Positions 53,108 to 62,397 of a stretch of 64,000 nucleotides of DNA are shown here, in pieces. How positions within the stretch are numbered: the first letter of the stretch is position 1; every line of letters starts with the position of its first letter. Under the pieces are notes generated by a model that was not told the origin of the DNA, searched no databases, and was given only the letters and a program-made list of their open reading frames with translations. A program made the position numbers and the translations under genes. Source of the stretch: a virus; the IMG/VR virus record IMGVR_UViG_3300045977_000235, positions 39,466-103,465 of that record; one strand, written 5' to 3'.

Positions 53108-53418
53108 TATATTCTCCTAATTAAATTATTTAATAAATGCGTACTGCATGTCTTTCTACAGATTTTCCTTGGATATATTGTCTATGCCATAATTCTACCC
53201 CTTGAGGCCATACAGTCTTAGTGACTGTTAGTATAGTGTAAGGCATTCGTTTATTCATTTCAAGCATGATATTATGTACAATATCTTCTCGTACATTAAT
53301 TATCCATATTTCTTGTTCTTTTAATATTGCATGGCCTTTAAAATATTGTTGAGCAAGAAACATTATATCAGGTGTCATAGGCAATGGAAGTATGACGTAT
53401 TTAACAAAAGGTGTCAAT

Positions 53419-53982
53419 TTACTCTCCTAACATTCCAGTATGAAGATATACATACGGTTTAGAAACATAGTTGTTATGTTCTACAATAGAATCCAAAATA
53501 ATCTCTAATTGAAGTTTAGATGGATATAAGGATAAATTCTTCGTGACAATACTTAAACCTACTATTGCTGCTTCAAATGGTGATCCTGTTGCAGCATAAT
53601 CCTCATGTTCTAATACAGAGAAATCAGAATAAATGGTATAGATTTTATCCTTAAATGCAACAATCAAAGAAAAACCATTTACACAATGTTCATCAGTATC
53701 TTCTCGTTGTAATGGTTCAAATGCTTCCATAAGTACAGGTATAAATTCACATACCATAAATTTATATGCACAAAAGTTATAGGATTTATACGAAGGGAGA
53801 TCTAAAAATTGAAGGATATTTATAAATCTCCCTACTCCTGAACCTCCTATAATGTACTCCTTCGTCTCTGTAATAAACATTTTGCTTGTCATTTTTACTT
53901 TAAGATTATCACCTACTGTACACGCTGTATCAGCTAAACAATGAACCATGTCACCTTCTCTTAAAGCAAGAATGCAAGACAT
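53419..53982 (-). CDS. Ntn-hydrolase (HslV/proteasome beta-like) protein
   Basis: M-S-CI.A.......AD; K.F; IGGSG; YAA.GS. Confidence 0.6.
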   Translation of the reverse strand: MSCILALREGDMVHCLADTACTVGDNLKVKMTSKMFITETKEYIIGGSGVGRFINILQFLDLPSYKSYNFCAYKFMVCEFIPVLMEAFEPLQREDTDEHCVNGFSLIVAFKDKIYTIYSDFSVLEHEDYAATGSPFEAAIVGLSIVTKNLSLYPSKLQLEIILDSIVEHNNYVSKPYVYLHTGMLGE

Positions 53983-54314
53983 AATGTTTATCCTTCATTA
54001 AATTATTTAATTGACGAGTTCTACTGTGGGCTGTGATACAGCAGCTTGTGGTACTGGTTGAGTACCTTGTTGTGCTGCTTGTTCTTCTTCTTTCTTTGTT
54101 TTAAAATGTTCTAACAAAGCCATGACATCTTCAGCTTTTTCTGGTAGAGCCATGACCAATGGTGTACGACTGATATGCTTGATACCCAAAAACAAATACA
54201 CAACATCACACAAATCTACTGCTTCTCTCCGTTCTGCACCTGTCAACCAACCCAATACAAAAGTACCTACCAGTGTTGTAATATCATTCGCCATATATAG
54301 ATCTCCTTATTTTA

Positions 54315-55136
54315 CTATAGTAAATTCCTCACCATACACGGTGAGAAAAATGGACAATTCAATGCTTGTTTATCTTGTAAAGATGTGCATACTCTCGTTG
54401 GATACACACCTGTACTTTTTGCCTCATAAAATGGTTCTGTACGTTGTTTAATCTCCTCTGAGATGTCTTTGTAATTCACCTGAAACGTCTTAAAAGGAAA
54501 GATAGATCCTTCTACAAACACTCCTGAACTTTTTGCACAGTAAAGTATATACGCTTTTTCTATAGGTCCAAGTATTTCTCCTAATTCAGAATTTTGAAAT
54601 GAAGGTGTATTGATACAGTTGAGATACACCTGTGTACGCCACTCATGATGATCAAGTGGTTTATACAATTTTTTGAATAGTTCTTCATTGATAGATTTAA
54701 TCTCTAATAAATAAAAATCTCCTTCTATGAAAAGTATACCATCTAATGCACACGATAACAAATATTCACTACTGATAAATTCAAATTCTTTATACTTCCA
54801 ATTTAACCATCCACAATCTTGACATTCTTGTGTCCAATATCCTCCTTTCTCTTTTCGGCCACAAAAAGTAAATTCATCAGATCGTGACATACATTCCCAT
54901 ACACCATAAATATAATCTTTCAAATAATGTTCTCGTATTAAATCTTCTATAGAGTGTCCTATATCAAATGTATACGTTAAAAAAGAACCTTGGATATTAT
55001 CTGTTTGTCCTTTCTTATATTTATAATATTGTTGTCTAGGGCAATACGGACTATCTAAATCTGATGCATGAAGTATTTCATTATCCCTAGACGGTATATG
55101 TTTTGTTGTTTGTTCTCGTAGGAGTTGTTCTAACAT
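54315..55136 (-). CDS. Cas4-like PD-(D/E)XK exonuclease
   Basis: HAS.L...CPR; G..IE; DG.L....LLEIKS; QVYL; C-terminal C.......C.F...C. Confidence 0.75.
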   Translation of the reverse strand: MLEQLLREQTTKHIPSRDNEILHASDLDSPYCPRQQYYKYKKGQTDNIQGSFLTYTFDIGHSIEDLIREHYLKDYIYGVWECMSRSDEFTFCGRKEKGGYWTQECQDCGWLNWKYKEFEFISSEYLLSCALDGILFIEGDFYLLEIKSINEELFKKLYKPLDHHEWRTQVYLNCINTPSFQNSELGEILGPIEKAYILYCAKSSGVFVEGSIFPFKTFQVNYKDISEEIKQRTEPFYEAKSTGVYPTRVCTSLQDKQALNCPFFSPCMVRNLL

Positions 55137-55472
55137 TCAATCAGTATCCCTTAAATAATTTAATATCTCCAAAATATCATCTATTGTAGGGAGAAGATCT
55201 TGTATCTTCTCCCATATCCTTATTAAAAATTTAATAGTCCACCAGGAGTATCTTTAGGTTCATCTAACCATTCATCATAAATACGTATAATTTTACAGTC
55301 ATACATATCTATTTGATTCTCTGAATCACGTATACCAAAAACAATTGTATCACCACTACAACGATATGAAAATTCATGAGGATACTTTGAACGTGTCAAA
55401 TCATCATATACTTGTTGTGCCCATACGTCTCTATTTTTTTCAGGAATCTCTACACCTACAAAATGATCCATT

Positions 55473-55814
55473 CTAATTTTCATTATAATATCTCCATACA
55501 GATAGTGGTACAGCCAACCATTCTTCTTCTGAAACACCATTCATTGTAACAAATGAAAAAAGCAATCCAGGTTGCTTATTTTGTTCTAGTGCTGCTTTAC
55601 GTATTTTGTGTAGATATTCCTTCTTGAGAGTTATAGATTCATGGGTACTTGTTTTTAATTCTAAAAGAAGATCTCCAATAAGTAAATCTCCTTTCTTTGC
55701 TTGAGATCCAGAACCAGGAGTTAATTGTCCTTGTAGTGCTTTGCTCGCTTTTTTCTCGTAGTTCTTTCCTCCTTTGCCTGTGTCTGTGATAATCCATTTA
55801 TTCTTCTTCAACAA
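55473..55814 (-). CDS. Small PD-(D/E)XK nuclease (Hjc-like)
   Basis: YEK..........PGSG....KGD......LELKT. Confidence 0.65.
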   Translation of the reverse strand: MLKKNKWIITDTGKGGKNYEKKASKALQGQLTPGSGSQAKKGDLLIGDLLLELKTSTHESITLKKEYLHKIRKAALEQNKQPGLLFSFVTMNGVSEEEWLAVPLSVWRYYNEN

Positions 55815-56817
55815 AGTGTGTTTGTCCTGCTTCTATAAGCTGTTGTTGTACGTAACATTTCCATTCAGAATCGTTTACAATATCATCTTTCAAGGCTTTT
55901 TGTGAATTATATTCTCTCCCTAAGCATATCGTAGTTGTTCCTAACTTCCCTAACAGATTGAACGACTTCAAATATTTCAACATCAAATCTGCATCATCAT
56001 TCTTCCCTGCTTTAATAGATCCATTATTCAACAAACCAATCTCAAATTCAATGTGATTTAACACAGTTTTCATTTTACTTTTTTTAACTGTTAAATTCAC
56101 TTGATGCTTTGATGCAATATTCGGATTGACTTCTTTATAGATTACTGGTTTTCCTGATATACGTAAATTCAATGAAGGTGCATGTTCTACCATAGCTCCA
56201 CCAGGAGCATACTCAGGATTACCATACATCACACCTATCTTTTGTCGTACTTGATTGATACACAACAAAGTAGGATAATAGTCCTTTTTACTTTGTTCTA
56301 ATTGTGCGTGTATAGCTTTTCGGAGAATTTTTGTAATGATACCTGAAGAACCAGCAACTATTTGCTTATCTCCATACGATTCTATTTCATTTGTTGTAAT
56401 GATTGCTCCTAGCGAATCAATCACACCAAAATCAATATCATCACAATTCATCAATCCATCTACTATATCAACAATCTGCTCTCCATTAGCAGGTTGAAAC
56501 ACCATTAAATTATTTAATTCGATACCTAATGAAGTAGCCCAATTCACATCAAAGGTATTTTCAGTATCTACATAAAAACATTTCTTCCCTGTGCGCTGTA
56601 ATTCTCCTGTAATTGACAACGCTAAAGTTGTTTTCGCAGAATCTTTCGGACCATAGACATGTGTAATTTTCCCCAACGGAATACCACCACCTAACATAAA
56701 ATCAATGGGGAAAATTCCAGAGGATAACTTTTCCCCTTCTTTCAGTTCACTACCCATTGAATATATTTTCTCTCCATGATGCTTTTTTAAAAATTTCAGT
56801 ATGTCATCAGAAACCAA
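55798..56817 (-). CDS. recA: RecA/UvsX-like recombinase
   Basis: SSG...D..LGGGIP.G.I...YGP..S.KTT; D.E..FD; VIDS; INQ.R.KIGVMYGNPE..PGG. Confidence 0.92.
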   Translation of the reverse strand: MVSDDILKFLKKHHGEKIYSMGSELKEGEKLSSGIFPIDFMLGGGIPLGKITHVYGPKDSAKTTLALSITGELQRTGKKCFYVDTENTFDVNWATSLGIELNNLMVFQPANGEQIVDIVDGLMNCDDIDFGVIDSLGAIITTNEIESYGDKQIVAGSSGIITKILRKAIHAQLEQSKKDYYPTLLCINQVRQKIGVMYGNPEYAPGGAMVEHAPSLNLRISGKPVIYKEVNPNIASKHQVNLTVKKSKMKTVLNHIEFEIGLLNNGSIKAGKNDDADLMLKYLKSFNLLGKLGTTTICLGREYNSQKALKDDIVNDSEWKCYVQQQLIEAGQTHFVEEE

Positions 56818-56911
56818 TGTATACTCCTATGTGATAAGGTTAAAAATAAATGGAACAGATCTAAAGGTGGAGATCGTATCAATACTACCATGTATTTCCC
56901 TTATCAATCAT

Positions 56912-57922
56912 CTACCACTCTAATGTTTCTTCTTCCATATCAATAGTTACTTCTTCTTGTTGTACTGTGGCGACTTTACCTCCTTTCTGTTGTGGCTTTA
57001 CATTATTCGTAGACTTGTACCCTATACCGAGTTCAAGCAATTGCTCTGGAGTATATACAAACAAATCTTCATCATAGTTTGCAGGAGAAAAATTATACTC
57101 CTTTCCACAGATCTTTTTCAACTCTGCAAGAGAACGTTTACCCATAAAGGTAAAGACATCACCTACTCTTGGTGCTTTGTCTTTCTTACTACGTCCAATG
57201 TTCACTAATTGTCCTTTTAGTGAACCCCCGAATTTCTTAGCACGCATAAACAATTCTTCACGTGTGCCACTGGTTGCAATGAACAATTGCTTCTGGTTCT
57301 CATAGACAACTGAAGGATCTTTTCTGGATTGAATAGGCGTATGATTAATAATGGTAAAGACACAAACATACGTCCCTTTTGCACCAGAATTACATGCAGG
57401 ACAATCACCATGCTTTCTTTTAGGACATTGAAAAGAAAGCCATGTTGTTCCTGTCTGTACGGTATGTTGTAGATAGAAAGGAACATCAAATAACTCTACA
57501 CCATCTTCAGTTACAACATCACCATCTAAAAACGTAACATCTCTTTCTTCACCTACAGGAATCCAAAAAGGCCATAATTGAGTAGCTGTGACTTCTCCAT
57601 TTGCCTTTTTGTCTGCTGCTGCTTTTTGATTTTTCTGGATCTGAGCCATTTCTTTTGCAGAAATTAAATTTGCCATATGTTTCTTCTCTTGTTTAATCGG
57701 TTGTACAGGGAGGTATATTACAGTATTTTTCTCACCTATAGCACTGTCTTTCTCCTTTATTTGAGGCATCTTATACAACGTATACGTTTTTTTATGAAAT
57801 GAATCTAAATGTTTAAACTTTCCTTCTTTTAAATAATTTAATAAAGAAGCTGTTAATACTGTTCCATCTGGCAACGTGTATGTACATTCCTCTGGATTGT
57901 ATGTAACGGAGAAGTGCTGCAT
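56912..57922 (-). CDS. Probable single-stranded DNA-binding protein (core may start at 57676)
   Basis: Between primase and recA; H...C......CPAC Zn motif; acidic aromatic tail DMEEETLEW. Confidence 0.6.
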   Translation of the reverse strand: MQHFSVTYNPEECTYTLPDGTVLTASLLNYLKEGKFKHLDSFHKKTYTLYKMPQIKEKDSAIGEKNTVIYLPVQPIKQEKKHMANLISAKEMAQIQKNQKAAADKKANGEVTATQLWPFWIPVGEERDVTFLDGDVVTEDGVELFDVPFYLQHTVQTGTTWLSFQCPKRKHGDCPACNSGAKGTYVCVFTIINHTPIQSRKDPSVVYENQKQLFIATSGTREELFMRAKKFGGSLKGQLVNIGRSKKDKAPRVGDVFTFMGKRSLAELKKICGKEYNFSPANYDEDLFVYTPEQLLELGIGYKSTNNVKPQQKGGKVATVQQEEVTIDMEEETLEW

Positions 57923-57930
57923 ATAGTATA

Positions 57931-57959
57931 AGTATACCCCTTTATAACAATTTTGTCAA
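57931..57959 (-). promoter_or_regulatory. Sigma70-type promoter
   Basis: TTGACA-17-TATACT, 8 nt before ATG at 57922. Confidence 0.8.
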
Positions 57960-57971
57960 GTGAGAAATTCC

Positions 57972-58817
57972 CTACCACAATAATTCTTTCTGGAAAACTT
58001 GTTCCAATGTCTCTACACTTGCGTCACCTGGATCTTTAATTTCTCCTGGTAAACGTAAGTGTCGTACATTATTCTTTCCAAAGTAATTCGATACTTTCCT
58101 TCTGGCATTATCACCAGCAACGTCATTATCGTACAATGTAAACACATATGGAGTAGTATGAATACGTTTCAGTTTTGTATGTGTGAGTTGAGATCCTAAT
58201 GATGCAAGTACGTTAGATTTTACTTCATATACACGTGCAGCATCAAATAGTCCTTCAACTAATATAACTGGTTCATTCAAATCTACCCAATGTTCCCCTA
58301 ACCATATGTGACCATTTGATTCACCATACCAAGGATACACAAAATACTTTGGTAGTGAAATAAGAGAACGTCCTACAAAACCTACTAACTTCCCTACAAA
58401 ATTCCGTATAGGAACTCCTATACGATGTTTAGAACTATCATATCGAAAATCAAATAGTATCCGTATATCTGCTCGTACTTTCCTTTTGTCTAAATAAGGA
58501 TGGGTATAGTTTCTTTTCAATGTTTTTAGAAAATGTTCTGGATATATTATATCTTCTTTTTCTTGTTGTGGGCTTTCAATTAATGTTGTACTTGGTTCAA
58601 CGTGATAATTAAATAATTTAATCACATCTCCATTTTCCCCACACGTGAAACAATTATACCGTCCACTTGTTGAAATACCGAAGGAGAAATGGGTATCTGT
58701 TCCATGTGCATGTTTTTCTTTTGCCCAAGGGCAAGAGAGATTTACCCATTTCCCCGATACTTTGTATGAACCTAATTCTTTTTCTTTGATTAGTTCTATG
58801 ATGGTTGCTATTTCCAT
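57972..58817 (-). CDS. DNA primase (Zn finger plus TOPRIM)
   Basis: CPW...H...CFTCG..G; G..GR; LVEG.FDA; YDND.AG; KDPG. Confidence 0.88.
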   Translation of the reverse strand: MEIATIIELIKEKELGSYKVSGKWVNLSCPWAKEKHAHGTDTHFSFGISTSGRYNCFTCGENGDVIKLFNYHVEPSTTLIESPQQEKEDIIYPEHFLKTLKRNYTHPYLDKRKVRADIRILFDFRYDSSKHRIGVPIRNFVGKLVGFVGRSLISLPKYFVYPWYGESNGHIWLGEHWVDLNEPVILVEGLFDAARVYEVKSNVLASLGSQLTHTKLKRIHTTPYVFTLYDNDVAGDNARRKVSNYFGKNNVRHLRLPGEIKDPGDASVETLEQVFQKELLW

Positions 58818-60037
58818 CAGAAATAATCCCCTATCTTAATAATATCCTGATTGAATGTAGAGAAATCTATTCCATCACTGATACTCCAATTAATTAATCC
58901 TTCTCCTAATTGTCCATCTCTTGCTTTAAGTACCTGTATCTTTCTCCGAAAGTCTTTATCCAGATCTGTATTAGGACTGAGAGCTAATACTACAGAAGAT
59001 AACTGTGCTATATCATCAGAGTAGTATATGTTTGTTGCAGATATTTCTTTTTTCTTTTCTGCATCTCTATTCAATTGCCATGAGGCAAATATTGGTATGT
59101 TCAACCCTAATGAATATCCTTTCAGTTCTTCTGCTACGAGAGCATAGCGTTCTGTTTTTGCTAGGTATTTATCTATGCGTAATAAATATGCTCCATCAAC
59201 AAATATCATCTGAGCACCAAAGGATTGTGCTTTCGCGTATACAGATTCTACAGGTACTCTAAAATCATGATGGAGTTTAAATGGACACGTTTTATTGGAT
59301 AAACGTTTCATTAAATCATTAAACTCTTTCCAATCTTTTTTATCTAATGCTCCTTGAAGGATTTTGTTGAGATTGATATTTGTATTTAATGCTACCAATC
59401 TCTGTGCTATTCTTTTTGCGGGCATTTCTAATGAGATAAACAATATCGGTATCTTATAGGTGTTCCATATATAATTTGCTATATGAAGCATGAAGAAGGT
59501 TTTTCCTATATTCAACCGTGCTACAATAGAAACAAGATCACCACCAGTAAAACCATTGATAAGTGCATCTAACCAATCATATCCTAACTTATATAACTGT
59601 TGTTCTCCTGTTGCAACAGCTTTCATACTATCAACAAGAACATCTTTTGCATGAGCGAAATCTATAGAAGAATCAGGTTTTGCTTTTTTAATTTCTAAAA
59701 TATGAGCAAGTAACTTATCTACAGCTAATGATGGATCATATTTCTCTTTTTGAAGGTATGGAGAACATATCGTATTAATAGCTAACAGTTGATTATGAAC
59801 ATATTGATCTTTGAGTTTGTTATAATAAAACTCAAATTCGCCATTTGCTAATGGTAATGATACCCCATGTTCATCTTGTACAACTTCATACGTAGGAAAC
59901 GTATGATATTTAAAATAGTAATCCCTAATGAACTGATACACGTCACTAGAAAATAACATAGGAGTCATTTCATCAAACAAGGCTTTTTTGTCTGCTTGCA
60001 TGAGAAATGCAGATAAACAAGCTAATTCAGTATTCAA
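58817..60037 (-). CDS. Replicative DnaB-like helicase
   Basis: G..GGDL..I.AR..IGKT; FISLEM; IFVDG; QLNR; SD.I.Q; K.RDG. Confidence 0.88.
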   Translation of the reverse strand: MNTELACLSAFLMQADKKALFDEMTPMLFSSDVYQFIRDYYFKYHTFPTYEVVQDEHGVSLPLANGEFEFYYNKLKDQYVHNQLLAINTICSPYLQKEKYDPSLAVDKLLAHILEIKKAKPDSSIDFAHAKDVLVDSMKAVATGEQQLYKLGYDWLDALINGFTGGDLVSIVARLNIGKTFFMLHIANYIWNTYKIPILFISLEMPAKRIAQRLVALNTNINLNKILQGALDKKDWKEFNDLMKRLSNKTCPFKLHHDFRVPVESVYAKAQSFGAQMIFVDGAYLLRIDKYLAKTERYALVAEELKGYSLGLNIPIFASWQLNRDAEKKKEISATNIYYSDDIAQLSSVVLALSPNTDLDKDFRRKIQVLKARDGQLGEGLINWSISDGIDFSTFNQDIIKIGDYF

Positions 60038-60052
60038 TTATCCATCTCCTGA

Positions 60053-60562
60053 TTAAATTATTTTATAGTTGTTCAACAGATAATTGTACAGATCTTTTGG
60101 ATAGATTTGTTGGAACCTCATTTTATCTTGTATATCAACTACACAATGAAAAGGAGGATTATATAGATATTGTATTATCTGTGATTTTATATTAACATCT
60201 ATATGTTCTAACCCATATAAAAATACAATCTGTGGTTGTGTATCATTTTCAAAAAGAGCAACAAGAGTATAAGGATTTACTAATCTTGCATCAATAAGAT
60301 ACCGTATGAGTATCCCTATCATATATGAAAAACGTTCTATAGGATCTACAAGATCATATAATATTCCTTTTTTTCCTTCGGGCAAAGAATAGGATTGTGT
60401 TTGGTAATTAAATAAATAATTAATTATCCATACAAAATCTTCTTCTGTACAATATTCCTTGGCCGAATTTAAAATATAATAAGGAGAGATGTTTGCTAAT
60501 CGTGCATATTTTTCCACATTTTGTACGATCTTTTGTTGAATGGGATTTTGGAATGACATCAT
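60053..60562 (-). CDS. Hypothetical protein (possible degenerate helicase loader)
   Basis: First gene after a promoter, directly upstream of the helicase; AGGAGG RBS. Confidence 0.45.
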   Translation of the reverse strand: MMSFQNPIQQKIVQNVEKYARLANISPYYILNSAKEYCTEEDFVWIINYLFNYQTQSYSLPEGKKGILYDLVDPIERFSYMIGILIRYLIDARLVNPYTLVALFENDTQPQIVFLYGLEHIDVNIKSQIIQYLYNPPFHCVVDIQDKMRFQQIYPKDLYNYLLNNYKII

Positions 60563-60592
60563 CTATGAACCTCCTGTAGTAGTGGTACATTA

Positions 60593-60621
60593 ATTATACC
60601 ACATGAAATCATTTATGTCAA
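60593..60621 (-). promoter_or_regulatory. Sigma70-type promoter of the replication operon
   Basis: TTGACA-17-TATAAT perfect consensus. Confidence 0.85.
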
Positions 60622-61020
60622 GTGAATCTTAGTCGATAATATGAATCCATATTTTTTTAATGGAGATAAATCTGTATCAAAATTAAAAAACAAAAGATAG
60701 GAACTTTTATCTGCTTTCCAATACTCCGAATAGCACATCATCATGTATTGTGCTAGTGGTAACAATTTACTTTTCAACAGATAATGTGCATTGTTCGTCA
60801 ACATGCAGACTTTTGTTTGATTTAATACTGCTGTACGGACTTTTTGACCCCATGCACATAAAAACATCCATTCTTCATCTTGTACATCAAGAAACGTAGG
60901 AACTCTCCAACGTATATCTAATCCTTTCAAATCATAATATTCTGTTGTCATGAGTGGATGATAATTTTTCTTCTTAGCATTTATCTCTAATCCTAAATAG
61001 TCAATAACGTTCTCTATCAT
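60613..61020 (-). CDS. Hypothetical protein
   Basis: AAGGTGA RBS. Confidence 0.5.
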   Translation of the reverse strand: MIENVIDYLGLEINAKKKNYHPLMTTEYYDLKGLDIRWRVPTFLDVQDEEWMFLCAWGQKVRTAVLNQTKVCMLTNNAHYLLKSKLLPLAQYMMMCYSEYWKADKSSYLLFFNFDTDLSPLKKYGFILSTKIHLT

Positions 61021-61050
61021 ATATTCACCTTTTCATCATAAACCTCATTG

Positions 61051-61077
61051 AAAGGGCATTCAGAAATGCCCTTTTTT
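61051..61077. terminator. Rho-independent terminator-like hairpin
   Basis: AAAGGGCATT-caga-AATGCCCTTT-TTT. Confidence 0.65.
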
Positions 61078-61145
61078 GTGTTAGTATATGAAATTCTAGC
61101 CACTTTTTTCCTAAACATGATAAATCATACTAGGCATTAAATAAT

Positions 61146-61706
61146 TTAATAGTGAAGGCATACACCAGGACAATATGGTACTGTCGCATCTGCTATTGCT
61201 TGAAGAACATTCGTGAGTGGCACATAAACAACCTGTGACTCTATTTTTCCTTGTATAGTGGCTGTTTCTAATTCTTCTTCAAGTTTATATTGTAATAAAC
61301 TAAAAAATTCTCGAAAACGTTGTTCTCGATACATTTCCATTTTTGTCCATACAATTTTTCTCCACATGAGATTTCGTATGTCTGTTACTAATCCTATTTC
61401 TGTTGGGCTAGTAACTCGTTGTGCTCTACGAACTTCAGTATATAAAATATGAGCAAATTCTCTGTTTATTCTCAAATACTGAGATGTTGTTTGTGTAATA
61501 ACATTCTCTACTAAACTATCAACACTAACACGTGCAACTGGTGGATTCTCTTGAACTGTTGGAACAGTTGTAACAACAGGAGCAGTTGGAGTAGTAGGAG
61601 TCTTAGAAGAAGCATCAGGAGTAGCAATAACAGTTCGTGTGCATCCACTTAGAGCTAAACCTAAACACAAAATAACTACTGCAACACTTACACCTAACAT
61701 TTTCAT
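61146..61706 (-). CDS. Lipoprotein
   Basis: Signal peptide with LSGC lipobox; Thr/Pro linker. Confidence 0.65.
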   Translation of the reverse strand: MKMLGVSVAVVILCLGLALSGCTRTVIATPDASSKTPTTPTAPVVTTVPTVQENPPVARVSVDSLVENVITQTTSQYLRINREFAHILYTEVRRAQRVTSPTEIGLVTDIRNLMWRKIVWTKMEMYREQRFREFFSLLQYKLEEELETATIQGKIESQVVYVPLTNVLQAIADATVPYCPGVCLHY

Positions 61707-61736
61707 AATTCACCTTTCGATTAAATTATTTAATAA

Positions 61737-61755
61737 GCGGGGGATAAACCCCCGC
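61737..61755 (-). terminator. Hairpin abutting a palindrome copy
   Basis: GCGGGG...CCCCGC directly beside the 61720-61734 palindrome. Confidence 0.55.
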
Positions 61756-61762
61756 ATTCTAC

Positions 61763-62257
61763 TTAGTTAGACCAAAGCACTACAGTTGAATCATCAAGAC
61801 GCCAAACATCATCAGTTGCATCATTACAATTCACAAGATTTGCATTCACTTGGGCGGTATGTAAACCTGGTTCTGGCACCACAACAACACCTGTTGCCGA
61901 AGCACTTACCCATCCATTAATATCATTGACTCCACGTGATGTACAAAATGCATTATCTGTTGTTTGTGTTGGAGAAACTTGTACTCCATCCACAACCAAA
62001 TCAATATTCAACCAGGAAAAATTATCTGGTGATTTAACAGAACATTCTCCTGTATACCCAAAAACAACACGTTGATAATCACGTGTGGTAACAAAACGCA
62101 ATGTGTGTAAATTAACAACAGGTACACACGATGCTGCGCCTACACCTACTTGAACTGCTGTTGTACTTGTTCTGGTTGCAATGACATCAGCAAAAGACAC
62201 TTGAGCAAACAAGAGACATGAAAGAATCGTTCCAATACTTATCATCCATTTTTTCAT
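61763..62257 (-). CDS. Exported beta-rich protein
   Basis: AAGGAG RBS; MKKW...VSFA signal peptide. Confidence 0.6.
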   Translation of the reverse strand: MKKWMISIGTILSCLLFAQVSFADVIATRTSTTAVQVGVGAASCVPVVNLHTLRFVTTRDYQRVVFGYTGECSVKSPDNFSWLNIDLVVDGVQVSPTQTTDNAFCTSRGVNDINGWVSASATGVVVVPEPGLHTAQVNANLVNCNDATDDVWRLDDSTVVLWSN

Positions 62258-62361
62258 AAAAACTCCTTTAATATAATTCTTACACAATTAAATAATTTAA
62301 TCCCTATGCCTAATTCCCTCTGAAATCTGTCCTCTCCTTTCATTTCATGATTAATCATTTC

Positions 62362-62392
62362 TTATTTGTGCAATAGGCTGTTGCACAAATAA
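62362..62392. terminator. Hairpin after the tail-fibre gene
   Basis: TTATTTGTGCAA-taggctg-TTGCACAAATAA. Confidence 0.55.
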
Positions 62393-62397
62393 TTTAA

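Larger units (their letters stand above)
575..62301. repeat. Dispersed 15-bp palindrome ATTAAATWATTTAAT (36 exact copies, about 12 near-copies)
   Basis: Exact starts: 1674, 2630, 3748, 6395, 10499, 12823, 14668, 15689, 16369, 16525, 16589, 17636, 19583, 20283, 21049, 22012, 22330, 24073, 25029, 27573, 32410, 33519, 36421, 38035, 41111, 43577, 45738, 47956, 49081, 53120, 53997, 56504, 58608, 61136, 61720, 62287. One mismatch: 575, 8219, 16752, 27145, 30728, 35233, 50026, 51726, 55150, 57828, 60052. Confidence 0.95.

Noticed and set aside
58642-58652. Partial canonical parS (CACGTGAAACA)
   Set aside because: Left arm does not match, it is a single copy, and it is explained by the primase CFTCG codons.
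1674-62301. Palindrome as a mere AT-rich or stop-codon artefact, or a dif/att site
   Set aside because: Copy number is far above the compositional estimate, copies occur mid-gene in several frames, and the motif does not resemble XerC/D arms.
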